DNA from: Paraphysomonas bandaiensis
Lineage: Eukaryota; Protista; Chrysophyceae
Direction of reading: 5' to 3'
Length of the DNA stretch: 64,000 nucleotides
Assembly: GCA_965644295.1 (NCBI GenBank)
Contig: CBFFRP010000318.1
Coordinates: 25,404 to 89,403, forward strand
Both the position numbers and the translations under genes were made by a program. Positions 1 to 13,223 of this stretch are shown piece after piece. The notes under the pieces are model-generated. The model did not search any database, was not told where the DNA came from, and was given only the letters and a program-made list of their open reading frames with translations. Numbering within the stretch: the first letter of the stretch is position 1; each line of letters opens with the position of its first letter.

Positions 1-3000
1 ATTTCAAAAATCCTGACACAGATCGGCACACGAATGAGTGTCTACTGGTAGCCACCGACGAGAAACTCTCAGCCGACTCGAAATCTTGCAGAGTATCTTC
101 TGTCATACCCACACCAACGCAATCAATAGTGAGGTCGCTCAAATTATTTTTCACCCATGCATAAATCCGCTCATACAACAGTTCAAACCTCTTATCTTCA
201 TCCAATACTAATTCACAATTGCTGTCTAGAGTTGCTTCAAGATCTGTGGTAGACTCACCACGGCCAAGCGGAGATGCCTTTGTGTCAAAAAAAGCCTTTA
301 GTAGCTGCCGAGATGCCTCATACGGTTCCAACACATTAGCCAAATGACATGAAACCAAAAACTGGGATTGGATAACCTGCTCGTTTCGTTGCAAAAATTC
401 CGTAATTACTTTCGTCTTACCAGTTCCTTTCCCACCAACAATAACACATTTATTGGATGGTAAAATACTTTTTTGTGACCCAGAAGTGGTATAGCATTCA
501 TCTAACATACAAACTTCTTGGGTGTCAGAGTTTTCAACGCCATTAATGTACAAACTGAATGATTTTTGAAGGATTGCCATCTCTTCATCACGACCCACAA
601 AACAACCCCCACGACGTCCAGTACTCAAGAGTGCAGCCACCTCTTCCACTGTTACATAGGCCTTCGGATTTTTCCGTAGGTGCTGGAGCGAGTACACCTG
701 AACAGGGGAGTCGTAGCCTTTTGCGTTCAACTTAGGGAGTTTATCGAATATGAAATCGCTATTCACGCCTAGATACACATCACAACTAACAATTATTTGA
801 CTGTTTCGACACAATCCCATCAGTCGTGCTGCGAGATTCACACTGGAACCCATCATACAGTACTCCTTTCGACTTGTGCTCCCGACATATCCACAGTAAA
901 CCATTCCCTTGGAGACTCCAATACGACACACAATGTCATGAGCCTGGAGTTTGTTGCGGATAAGCACTGAGGCATAAACCCCCCTTAGGTCATCAGAGAG
1001 AGAGCTAAATCCGGGCACTCCGAAGGAGCATATAACAACACAGCCCTTGTCGTCAACAACATACTGCCGCAGTGCCCCACCAAGCTTCTGGAGAACCACA
1101 AGAATCTCTTCAATAGCTTTCTGTGGTTTTTCTATTTCCCCTTTATCGAACTCGTCATCCAGATTCATTATCTGAATAAACATCGTCACCACTACTCTCA
1201 GCTCAGCTAAATGTCCTGACGAATTGTGTACAATTGCTCCACGAGCGGACTCATGAACATATCGCTCTAACATCTTCCGATACTCATCTGCACTAGAGGG
1301 GCTGAGCTTCGTCAAGTGTGGGCCACTCGGACGAAACTCTATGCTATGCAAGCGGGAAGATCCTGACTCACTACACGTCTCTGCCTGCGAACCACGTGTA
1401 CGAAATGTATCTTCCTCTTCGGAGAGCCTGTCGTCAAATTTGTGCACCGCGTCGCAGAAACGTTTTTTACATGTATTATCCAGAAAGTGGAAGCCTGTCG
1501 TATTCTCAAATTTTGATGAGGATATTGCATAATCTGAAGTAGTGCTTTTGGTACTACCCGTGTAGGTATTATGGGTATTGTCAATTACATCCCTTGCTGA
1601 CACAACGAACTTATCCGATGACGACGGGGATCCCGTCTGTCCACCCTTGAAGAATGAGAAAGCCGTAGATATAGACGTGGGGGTTACTCCTGTGCTTGAG
1701 TCTACTGATCCATCACAGCCAGAGCTGTCCCCTTCATTGTCAAAGAATACCTTCGCACTTCGCCTGGAAGGGGACAAATTCTCCAGTGTTTGCACGAATT
1801 GCATCGCCGTTGTGACTAATGACAAATTTCGCGACTTTGGTGATTCTGTACCTAAGATTTTGTGGGCTTTATGTACATATGTTATACGAAAAGACCCGTT
1901 CGGCAGAGCCTGTCCAGTGCAACTGTACTTGACATACTCGTAGGCTGATTTCGAAAGACACAACTCCCCTGTCTTTGCCGCCGACTCCGCAGTCGAGAGC
2001 TCTCGTAGCTGAGGACCAGCAATCAAAAACTCCATCCTGTTCTCATTTCCCAAAGACATGCAGTGCAATTCTCCAGCGCTCATACCACAGTGCAGACGAA
2101 GGCGTATCGTGTGTCCACCTACCATTTCCTCGTACCGTCCGCAGTTGTCATTGAGCATTTCCAACACGCACTTAGTGGCCTTGTAAACTACATTCTGGCG
2201 GGCAGTTTCATCAGTATTTATGGGAGCGGTCCACACGACAAGCACAGCATCACCACAGAACTTCACCACATCTCCCCCATGCTGCTTAAACTTTCCCAGT
2301 AAATAGGTGAAAAAATGGCTATATAAGAAAGCATTAAATAAGTAGTTCTAAGCGATAGAATTTCATTACTTGATGTGATGCTTTAATTGCTCCACACTCA
2401 GCTTAGACGACAGCTTTGTGAATCCGGATATATCCGCTAAAACAACAGCAGCAAACAGCTTCTCTGACCATGCAGTACACTCCTTGTTCTCTTGACTATA
2501 AAGATATACACATATATCAGTATATACACTCATATCAGTATACACACATATATCAGTATATATACATACACATCAGTATACACACATATATATATCAGTA
2601 TATACATACATATCAGTATATACACACATATCAGTATACACACATATATCAGTATATATACAGACATATATCAGTATACATACACTCATATCAGGTTATA
2701 CACACTCATATCAGTATATATACATACATATCAGTATACACACATATATATATCAGTATATACATACATATCAGTATATACACACATATCAGTATACACA
2801 CACACATGTCAGTATATATACAGACATATATCAGTATACATACACTCATATCAGGTTATACACACTCATATCAGTATATATACACATATCAGTATATATA
2901 CACACATATATCAGTGTACATACATATATCAGGATATACACACATATCAGTATATACACACAAACATATCAGGATATACACACATATATCAGTATATATA

Positions 3001-3707
3001 CGCACATATATCAGTATATATACACATATCAGTATACATATATATCAGTATATACACAAACATATCAGGATATACACACATATAAGTATACATATATATC
3101 AGTATATACACATATCAGTATACATATATATCAGAATATATACACACCCATATCAGGATATACACACTTATATCAGTATACATATATATCAGTATATACA
3201 CAAACATATCAGGATATACACACATATAGGTATACATATATATCAGAATATATACGCACATATATCAGTATATATACACATATAGGTATACATATATATC
3301 AGAATATATACGCACATATATCAGTATATATACACACATATCACTATATATACACATATCAGTATACATATATATCAGTATATACACAAACATATCAGGA
3401 TATACACACATATAAGTATACATATATATCAGTATATACACATATAAGTATACATATATATCAGAATATATACACACCCATATCAGGATATACACACACA
3501 TATCACTATATATACACATATCAGTATACACATATATCAGTATATACACTGGCGGGCTGTTTATCCCAATATTGATAGTTACCTTCGTTTGAGTAATAAT
3601 CGCTGGGTTATAGTAGGCGTAAGTGACCGATACTCAGTGACCAGCGCCACTGCAGAGTCTGATGTACACTCTGCAGTAGATACTCTCAGAGATGATTGAT
3701 CGCTCAT
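1..3707 (-). CDS. Soluble adenylate cyclase (ADCY10/sAC-like): tandem class III cyclase domains followed by a STAND-type P-loop NTPase; 3' end runs off the window
   Basis: Manual minus-strand translation gives AAVVLADISGFTKL, GGDVVKFCGDAVLVVW, LRQYVVDDKGCVVICSFGVP, GSSVNLAARLMG and Walker A VIVGGKGTGKT (~415-445). ATG at 3707; frame-consistent GT-AG introns at 3582-2496 and 2369-2319. It is absent from the ORF track because it has no stop inside the window. Confidence 0.88.
2500..3549. repeat. Degenerate ~18-22 bp minisatellite (TATCAGTATATACACACATA-like) filling intron 1 of the cyclase gene
   Basis: Dozens of TATCAG(T/G)ATA cores separated by (TA/CA)n; lies between the splice sites at 3582 and 2496. 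Confidence 0.92.
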
Positions 3708-3839
3708 CCCGGCTGCATGTTGATACCTTCTGTTACTTTAAACAAACAGAGAAAGAAGTGATGTTAACATATCACTCCATTGAGAGACTCTGATTTATTA
3801 TGGATGGCTCTATCAGATATATATGTATATGTATGTATG

Positions 3840-3871
<32 letters not shown>

Positions 3872-4557
3872 TATGATAATCCTGCCTATATACTATACAT
3901 ACATACATATCCATAGACATGTATACAGATATACATGCATATTACAGGGACGGACAACGTACTCCGTTTGTACACTTCTCTCTCTGTCCTCTAGTACGAC
4001 TTCAAGGAATACGACATATGCCTCCGAGGAACGCGGCATCGTACGCCAATCTTCTTGTAATTATGTAGGAATTCCTACGAAGTTATATACTCCATATAAG
4101 AACTCCTAGGAATTCTATATACCAGATATACCAACACATACATATACAGCGTATACGGTATACGTATACATAGATCATCATACGGCTACAGAGTAGTGTA
4201 TACTGTAATTGGCATGTATGCATATACATAGACGTATCTCTCCTCTATACTCCACAGCTCTAACTATGTATGTATGTATGTAGGTCTTGAGCATGATGTG
4301 TCTCCTCTTCACCAATTCACAAGCAGTACAACCATATCACAACCAACTAAATTATTTCAATGCAATCTTAGTCCCGATACTAGTATACAACAATACATTC
4401 TTTCCTTGCATTGGAATAGAAGTCATTCCACTGCTCGATCCAACGATTTGATTTGATTGACAAGCTATACATCTCACATCTCATCATTAACATCTGCTCA
4501 TAATAAAGACTTTAGAATCAGATATCACCAACACATTTATATCACCAACATTCATCG

Positions 4558-4824
4558 ATGAATTCTGAATCCATTCTTCGTCTTGCTGCCGCCTCAGATC
4601 CGTTTCGACAAGAGACTAATTCGTTGAGAAGAATCACAGTGAGAGAAATGGAAGAGCAAAAAATGCGAGGTGAAAAAATATGTCTCTGGCGTAAGAATTC
4701 TCATCGCCAAGAAGCATCTGCGGTCCCGGATTCGGATGATGAGCCTTTGTATGCAGAATCAGATGCTGCATATGTTGGGACAAGTTCATGTATTTCCACT
4801 GCATCTTCTACTGAGAGTGAATAA
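4558..4824 (+). CDS. Small hypothetical protein (88 aa, acidic/Ser-rich C-terminus)
   Basis: ATG-initiated ORF with protein-like composition downstream of a CA-rich leader; no recognisable domain. Confidence 0.35.
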   Translation: MNSESILRLAAASDPFRQETNSLRRITVREMEEQKMRGEKICLWRKNSHRQEASAVPDSDDEPLYAESDAAYVGTSSCISTASSTESE

Positions 4825-5526
4825 ATTGCAGTTGACGAGGAAGGCATGAATTGCCGGATATATCCAATGTATAAATTTTTCGTGGTAGATACCAAAGTGT
4901 GTTTTTCTATTTGAGGATGCTATAGCATAGGATACCTTTTGATGTTGTTGAACGAATAGGGTCGCTGATCGATATATATGATTGTTTTTTTTCAGAGTCA
5001 TCATTTATGAAATGAATATAATCAAGTCATTTAATCAGGACTAATAATCAAGTATTGTTGAATATACTTTAGTGTGATTTGCTTAAAAACTGTAGCAAGT
5101 ACAAAAACTGTACCAAGTAGTAACAGTGTTTCAAAAAAGCTGGAAAAGCACGAGACACGCCCACAGGTCAATAGTCTTACAATGGGAAATATTATTCATG
5201 CCATTGTCATTCGTTGGTACAAGAATACCAGCACTCTATATTAGCAGCCGACATGGCGCAGGCAGGTTGACTTTGTCATCGTGCTGGTTTATTATTATAT
5301 AAATACATGATACATAGAAAAGAAAATAGTTCTGTCAAAAAGATCAAAAAACACGACGCGATATATATAATCATGAGATTGATATCATTATACGAATCTG
5401 TACAAAGGGTCCATAGGACGAAGCATAGTAGCAAGTTCATCCACCCCATAAGCATAGAGCATAGAGGCCCCATTAAACAAAGCTAGATCACCAAGTTCAA
5501 CAAATATACACACATAGCATGAGTAC

Positions 5527-7185
5527 TCAATATTGTATACACCTTGGACATAGTGGGTTCTGCGAACGAATCCACTTCAGAATATCCAAGTGGCCACCAC
5601 AAACAGCAGTAAGTGTGCAAGATTCTTCATCCCATGGACAAGGAGGATCCTGTGTACGAAGCCACTTCAGAACATCCAAGTGGTCATCACCAGCAGCCTC
5701 AAAGCAAGTGTGTTCATCCCATGGACATGGAGGGTTCTGTGAACGAAGCCACTTCAGAACATTCAAGTGACCACATCTAGCAGCAGCTTCGCAAGTACTC
5801 TTACCCCATGGACATGGAGGATCTTGTGAACGAAGCCACTTCAGAACATCCAACTGGTCATCACCAGCAGCCTCAATGCAAGTGTTCTTACCCCAAGGAC
5901 ATGGAGGGTTCTGTAAACGAACCCACTTCAGAACATTCAAGTGACCACCTCTAGCAGCAGCTCCACAAGTGTATTCATTCCATGGACATGGAGGATCCTG
6001 TGAACGAACCCACTTTAAAACATCCAAGTGGCCACCACCAGCAGCCTCAATGCAAGTGCTCTCACCCCATGGACATGGAGGGTGTTGTGTACGAAGCCAC
6101 TTCAGAACATCCAAGTGGCCACCACCAGCAGCCTCACAGCATGCAAATACACCCCATGGACATGGAGGATCCTGTGAACGAAGCCACTTCAGAACATCCA
6201 AGTGGCCACCACAAACAGCAGCTTCACAAGTTCTCTCACCCCATGGACATGGAGGGTCCTGTGAACGAAGCCACTTCAGAACATCCAAGTGGTCATCACC
6301 AGCAGCCTCAATGCAAGTGCTCTCACCCCATGGACATGGAGGATCCTGTGTACGAAGCCACTTCAGAACATCCAAGTGGCCACCTCTAGCAGCAGCTTCA
6401 CAAGTTCTCTCACCCCATGGACATGGAGGATCCTGTGAACGAAGCCACTTCAGTACATTCAATTGACCACCTCTAGCAGCAGCCGCACTGCATGCGAATT
6501 CACCCCATGGACATTGAGGGTCCTGTGAACGAACCCACTTTAAAATATCCAAGTGGTCACCACCAGCAGCCTCAATGCAAGTGCTCTCACCCCATGGACA
6601 TGGGGGATCCTGTGAACGGAGCCACTTCAGAACATCCAAGTGGCCACCGCCAGCAGCCGCACTGCATGCGAATTCACCCCATGGACATGGAGGATCCTGT
6701 GAACGAAGCCACTTCAGTACATCTAAGCGTCCACCACCAACAGCAGCTTCGCAAGTGCTCTTACCCCATGGACATGGAGGGTCCCGTGAACGAACCCACT
6801 TCAGAACATCCAAGTGGCCACCACCTGCAGCAGAAAAACAAGTGGCTTCACTCAATAAATATATGTGAATAGGGTCCTGCATATGTGGAGGTGTATACAT
6901 AAGGCTTATGATGTATTTCATCTGCTGTAGTCTGCCGTATAGAGCACATGTATTCATCATCAGTATGTGTGGGCAGCCCACAGACAGAGCCCATGAGACC
7001 ATTGAGTCCGTCATACAGTAGTGAGATGCATGTGACTGTACTCTCCTCCTATCAGTCATATCGTGAAATCTCTTACAAGTCATGAGCACAGGAAGGAGAG
7101 CCGTGTGTGGGATCATAGAGATGAGCAGACGCAACACATCATCATTAAGAACAGATACATGCGACATATACGAACACTGACTCAT
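5527..7185 (-). CDS. F-box-like N-terminus + ~14.5 tandem 29-aa CPW-type ankyrin-like repeats; intronless
   Basis: N-terminal LNDDVLRLLISMIP..LLPVLMTCKRFHDM resembles an F-box. The repeat GGHLDVLKWLRSQDPPCPWGxxTCxxAAx (87 nt) contains CPW 14 times, plus a partial copy. Confidence 0.85.
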   Translation of the reverse strand: MSQCSYMSHVSVLNDDVLRLLISMIPHTALLPVLMTCKRFHDMTDRRRVQSHASHYCMTDSMVSWALSVGCPHILMMNTCALYGRLQQMKYIISLMYTPPHMQDPIHIYLLSEATCFSAAGGGHLDVLKWVRSRDPPCPWGKSTCEAAVGGGRLDVLKWLRSQDPPCPWGEFACSAAAGGGHLDVLKWLRSQDPPCPWGESTCIEAAGGDHLDILKWVRSQDPQCPWGEFACSAAAARGGQLNVLKWLRSQDPPCPWGERTCEAAARGGHLDVLKWLRTQDPPCPWGESTCIEAAGDDHLDVLKWLRSQDPPCPWGERTCEAAVCGGHLDVLKWLRSQDPPCPWGVFACCEAAGGGHLDVLKWLRTQHPPCPWGESTCIEAAGGGHLDVLKWVRSQDPPCPWNEYTCGAAARGGHLNVLKWVRLQNPPCPWGKNTCIEAAGDDQLDVLKWLRSQDPPCPWGKSTCEAAARCGHLNVLKWLRSQNPPCPWDEHTCFEAAGDDHLDVLKWLRTQDPPCPWDEESCTLTAVCGGHLDILKWIRSQNPLCPRCIQY

Positions 7186-7852
7186 AGTTTATATGAGACT
7201 AATAGAGTGGTAATACAGCAGATGATAATGAGATCATTATGGCATAAATGCTGTGTGCTATTCCATTAATCATCGAGCCAGCAGTGCAGGCAGTGCCTCG
7301 CGATTGCCATGATAGCAACGAGTCACAAGTGTGTCCATCATAGACATTTTTAGTAGGAATCCTACCACCTTGTTACTTTTTTACTGGAAACCTGTCAGAT
7401 TCAGTAGTTTTTAGCTAATTTTGGAATAAATTCGACACGATTTCTGGATTTCTAATAAAAAATCTCACGAAAAGCCTTCATTTCATACCAATATTGTCGT
7501 CCCTGTTGTGATAGGATAATACAATGTATATAAGGTGTTTGTATCTACTGCTGTATATGGATATATCCACAGGCCTACCTCTGTACAGTAGTTTGTATAT
7601 GTAACTCCGGCAGTAGTATATCCCCACACCTCACCATATACAACACCCAACACACCCAGCACAGCACAGCACAGCATGGAGATATGAGCCCAAACACATA
7701 CACACACTCCCATAATTTGATCCTAACTTACTATCCACACCTTCATATACATACCTATACATCATTTCCTTCAATTGCATGTATCACTGCATGCCCTAAC
7801 CACAAGAGGGTCACTCTAATACATCATCTCATTATATAATTAAATAAATAAA

Positions 7853-10800
7853 ATGGAAACTGCATTAGAGAATAGCGTGTGGGTTATCTCACCAGAATTC
7901 GCTGGATATCTTATTAAAAGAGGATTTCATTGGAGGAAATTATGGAAAAAAAGATGGGTAGCATTACATGGATCTGAAATCGCGTATATGGCAGAAGAAC
8001 CGAATGAATCGAACTCAGATGATTTGGTTATAACGAAAGCACAGATAACATCCGCTACTTTTGTAGATAGAGAAGATATTGATGGGAATCCTCATGGATT
8101 TGCGATTCATATTAATGATGGTCAGTCACCTACTTGGTATTTGCGTGCTGAGTCGACTAGAGAGAAGAAAAGTTGGTTAATGCGACTCGGTCATGTTCAT
8201 ACCATTGTTCGATGGTTGGAAGAGTTTGAGAAAGTGAGAGTGCTTGGTGTTGGTGGCACAGGAATTGTGTACGAGCTTTTGCATAATGCCAATGGGCAGC
8301 GATATGCTATGAAAGAAATGGAGATAAAGAATAAAGCACAAATGCAAATGGCCGTCGCCGAAGCTGAAATGCTCAAAGAAATTATGGAGAACATATCTCA
8401 CCCCAATATTATGCATATAGAAAAAGTTTTTCAGGTCTGTAGTTAGTGTTGTAAATCGTAAACGTGTTTAATCACTCTGGTGGTGTGGTGCAGGTTGGAA
8501 ATAAATTCTACCTTGTATTTCCGCTGTGTACTGGGGGGGAGTTGTATGAACATGTTATTCGTCGCGGCCACTTCACCGAGTACGATGCTGCTAAGCTAAT
8601 GCGTGACCTCGTATCAGCTCTAAATGAGCTTCACAAACATGATATACTTCACCTGGATATCAAGCCTGAAAATATACTCTTTGAGACTGATGCTGAGGAT
8701 GCCCGAATAAAGATAACTGATTTCGGTCTGTCCAAGGTCAGTTTTCCTCAAAGTGCTCGTCATTCGTCGTTGTGCTACTGTGGACATTTATTCCTGAGTA
8801 ACTTTTATCTTAGGTTTTTCATCACACCGCTGCGTCAACAACTCAGCCGGGAAGTAACCCCACAATGGAACTGCTTAATGAGAAACTCAGAGCTTTTCAG
8901 GTCTGTTATTCTCCCCCATGTAATCAAACTTACATTCGTGTTGCGAGAGTTTATGTTTTCTACAATCATGTTGGTTTTAATGCGATTGCTCAGGAAAGTG
9001 GCGTGTTACAGCGCGACAGATTACGTGGTACGGTCGGATACATGAGCCCGGAGCTCATTCTCGCCGGCGTTAGCTCTCGAGCTACGGATGTTTGGGCTGC
9101 TGGTGTGGTACTGTACATACTTTTATGTGGCCGCCCTCCATTTCAATCAAAATCTAATAGGTTAGACCAGAGATATTATTGTATTACATATTTCATTGGG
9201 TATATGTGCATTTGTGAAAGTATTCGACAATCAGCGAAAATCATTTATACAGCTGATGCCTATATCCGTCGTGAAGTGCCATGTGCCTACAACTTTACAT
9301 TTACGTGGTTTTTCTAACGGTTTAATTAATGTGTTGCTTCAGAGATATTTTGGAAAAAAGTGCGCGGGGAGACTATACCATGGAGGGGAAAGATTGGGAA
9401 GGTGTTTCGGCAGAAGCAAAGGACTTGGTTAGTAAGATGCTAACTGTAGATCCCGAGAAAAGAATTACCACTTCAGGTATTGCTTGTTATTTTTTACATC
9501 TTATGTACGTGGAGTACATCGTACATTTGAATGAGAACCATTTTAAAGACATATTGCAGAGATATTGGCACACCCATGGATATGTATGGTCAGTGCGGAC
9601 AACAAAGCCTCGACTTTAGGAACCCCCCAGAGAGAGGCTGTAGCTAGGCGTGAGTCAGCTTCAACGACAAACCTAAACTCCGCCCTGAGAGCTCTCTCTG
9701 GGCATGTCAACGATCGCAAGCTCGAGAAGATGGCTACTAATTTCACTCGCCTAGTGTCTTTGCTGCAACAAGATGACAAGGGCGGGAGACAGAAACTTGT
9801 GAAGATGCTAAACCACCCGGACGATGAAAGTGGTGATGATTCTTCAGATAACTCTGAGATGAGCCCGATCATCAATACAGAGATTCGAGATGCTCTCATA
9901 CATGTGTTTAGAGAGTTAGGCGAGTAGATATGTCTCTTCTGTAACTTGTTGTTATGAAATGTGTTCTATTCTGACAGGAGGTGCAGACAACGGTGGGAAA
10001 TTGACGATAGAGCAATTTACTCAGGTGCTAACCCATTTTGGATACGGGGGAAAGGATGGACTGGCCGGTGGTGGAGCCATTATGCTCATATGCAGGTTCA
10101 TAGACAGGTTGGTCTTTGTTCAGTGTCTATCATGCAATTTGGTCAATTTAATACTATCTATACGAATACTGTGTGCAGTGACGGCGACGGTCTAATATCA
10201 GCTGAAGATATATTCCTCGCAGAGGTATGTATGTAGTGTTGGGTATCATCAGTTGATTTATGGACGTCTGCATGGGTTGTTTAGGCTCGTATTCTTCAAC
10301 GGAGCCCAAATTTTCTCCGGGCAATATTCCGGGTATATACCGAGGCTGTGTGGTATCCTGGACGGCAACTTAATCACATGAGCATGCAACGAACTCCTGC
10401 CAAAAATCCTGCTCGTACAGGGTGAGATCAAAATGCATGTCAAACTTTTCATGTTTTGTTTTCTCTGTGCTTTCTGTCCGTATGCTTGCCAGGTAGTTGT
10501 CTAAGTGATACATACCCATATAGAATATTGAATGACTCATCTATCGAAAATCTTGATCTGGTGGAGCCCCCAAAATATATAACCGGTATACTTTGACGAT
10601 TAAAAGTGTTATAATGACCTTAAGGCGTCTTCAATGCAGGACGCAATGTGGCATCTGTGTTTGAGCGATTAGGGTATAACCCTGATGCCGGAGTAAAGCT
10701 GTTTGGTGCACTTTGCGAAGCGCTAGCACGACGACGGGCAGGGGTAAAGCGAAGTGTATCTACTCATGCGGACAAAGATGGGGCAGAGGGTGTTCCACCT

Positions 10801-11496
10801 TCTCCGCCCACATCGCCAAGTGCGCCCAAACCAGGTTGACGTGTGATTGATGTTATTGTAAATAGATTTTACAATTTTTTAGTTGCACGAAATGCGGCCC
10901 TCTCTGCACTCGTTGGCGGGATATCTGATACGATGGCAGCGATGACAATGTCTGGTCGCGGTTCAGGTGGTGCTCTTAAATCTGCTGGTACCCCTGCTAC
11001 CCCTCCACCCCCTGGACCGGAAGAGGAAAATGTTAGTGGTGCCGAAGGGCAACTCGATGCAAGTAGAAATTATCGCATGGATGTGCAAGACTTTATGGAG
11101 TAAGTCGGTTGTTAGTTTTGTCAGTCACACGAGTCACGTTTCAATTTTGTAGTGCGGCCGAGATCGACGACGTGCTCATACAGGTGTGTTTCGCACAGAC
11201 ACTGTTTGCATATATGTAGTATTTGTTGTCATATGTCGAAATATGAAACGTGCCATCTAATTTCATATCCGTAGGTTATGCAAATGAAACCACGATCTCG
11301 AATGAAGAAGTTAATGCAAGCAACAGTTGCACAAAGGAATTCGGAGATGTCGACCCATGGAAACAGTGATGTTAGTGGCACTACTCCACCTGCTCGCAAT
11401 AGGTCGTCATCTGCGGAATCCGAATCATCATTTATCGGCGAGCAATTGACTTTGGAGTTTAAGAAAGCATTGGCACAACGGCGCCCCTCAGGCTGA
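7853..11496 (+). CDS. Multi-exon PH domain + CAMK-group Ser/Thr kinase + EF-hand protein
   Basis: PH: FAGYLIKRG..WKKRWVAL..WYLRAES..KKSWL. Kinase: LGVGGTGIVY, YAMKEM, HLDIKPEN, DFG, GTVGYMSPE, DVWAAGV. EF-hand-like: DNGGKLTIEQF and DRDGDGLISAED (spliced). Many short GT-AG introns; stop at 11496. Confidence 0.9.
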
Positions 11497-11764
11497 ATAT
11501 GTGCAGAATGCAATCAGGATAGGAATTAGAATGTTACTTCTATATTGCGTGATACTTAAAAATATGCATTGTTTATGATTAAAGTATTTTAGTCGTTCAT
11601 AGGATGAATACTAATATAAGCATTACCTCATGTTAAACGTTGAATCATACTTTGTAAAAGGTAGTTTGGATAATTACAGTGACACACTAGTTTATAGTTT
11701 GTAAAAATGTGAACAGAATCATGATACATGAGACACCAGGAACCAGTAGTGACTGTCTTACTAT

Positions 11765-12005
11765 TTCAATAGGCGTTTAAGAGTCAGAACTAAATTAGCA
11801 TTGCAATTAAACTAACTACTGCTTAACAATGAACTCTGACATCCTAGTAGCTAGTAGTGAATGTCTTCATACTAGCAATACGCGTGTAAGAGACAGGTCC
11901 AATGCAGCAAAATAATTTAACTAACTAGTGCTTAACTCTGATATCCTAGTATTTTTAGTACTACGAAAGCTCACCGCAAACACCAAGGTGCAACCACTTT
12001 CGCTC
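11765..12005. repeat. Dispersed repeat fragment shared with the elements at ~45450-45570 and (inverted) ~53625-53790
   Basis: AATAGGCGTTTAA..TAGCATTGCAATT.AACTAACT..TGCTTAAC and CTACGAAAGCT..CACCAAGGTGCAACCACTT recur at those positions. Confidence 0.65.
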
Positions 12006-12930
12006 TACCACCCAAAGCAATCGCATTGAGCAAGCAGAATGTTAATATACATGACATCTACTGACTTCAGGACTTTTGAGTTCTCGAGGTGTGCACATTC
12101 CAGGATTCCTGTTGATTCCCGTCATCAATGTCGGACTCGCACCTTTTTATGGTGCTCTGGGGGATATGTACCGGAAAGTTTACTTTTCGGAAAAATAGCG
12201 TGAGCCGCAAACATACATTGCAGATTTGTTCTCCGCAGATATTGCACAAGTTGATCGAGCCGTTTTCTAGTAGGGCCTGGTAGCTGATAACCATTAATGG
12301 CCCATTAATGGTAGTCTAGTTCCCGGCAATTATAATGGCCATTAATACCTAAGTAGATAATACGCTCATAATAGAAAGTGTTATGCTCGCTTAATTACTA
12401 ATTTAGTTTAAAATCATACTACGATTCGTAACTACTTCTCACTATCCACTCTGGCGCATCAGTATCTTCATGCAGGGCTTCATGGAGGACACATAAGCAT
12501 CCCACAACATGTAATTGGCTCGTAGGAATACCAACGATTATAGACGATATGGATTCATGTTTCTACGCTCAGGTGTCATAAAATCAACTTTGCACAACTG
12601 CAATGCCTCCCAACAACAACATTAGATTGTGCTTCGATATGAAGCAAGCAGCTGGACTCATATATAGGTACCAAGTCGAGCTCTCTTGGTGACCTCGGCG
12701 CTGCAAAATCAGTTCCTGCACTTTTGTCGTGATTTTTGTCAAATGAGAGCAAACGTCTTTAGATCTTTCATCAAGGAATGCCTTTTCTCGCTCAGTGTCA
12801 GAAAACAAACATAAAGCCCGAGCGAAGGAAGGTGGCTCGTCGGTGGTTCTGCGAAATCACTCAGAAGAAGACACTCTAAATTACACTGCCATCAACTTTT
12901 TGACCATCGTCGTTGCTTTAATATTAAGTA

Positions 12931-13223
12931 TAACAGAAGTTGACATTATTTGCTAAGGTTTTCTATTCTCAACTGATAAGATGAAATTATAAACATTACA
13001 TGATAAAGAACCTAAGTTGTGTTCGATGTGTTCAACACCATTCATTTACTACTATAGTGTACAAACCACCCACTCAGTGATCGTATCCTGTATAGTCATC
13101 CACTTCTACTTCAGTTTCATACTACATAATATAATGTACTAATTACATATATATCTTTCGATCCTTGCATCTCACATAATACTGCACTCAATTGCAAGTA
13201 TATAGAATCTTCAGATCTCAACA
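12931..13223 (-). repeat. 3' LTR of the Copia element
   Basis: Identical to 17931-18223; directly follows the polypurine tract (plus-strand ctccccctcaa at 13224-13234). Confidence 0.95.

Noticed and set aside
1318-2302. Short + strand ORFs
   Set aside because: They are antisense to the cyclase CDS.
2470-3549. Y/I/H/T-rich ORFs (271, 197 and 94 aa)
   Set aside because: They are translations of the intronic minisatellite.
5527-6850. CRISPR-like look of the 87-bp repeats, and + strand ORFs over them
   Set aside because: The units are in-frame coding repeats with no unique spacers and no cas genes; the + ORFs are antisense shadows.
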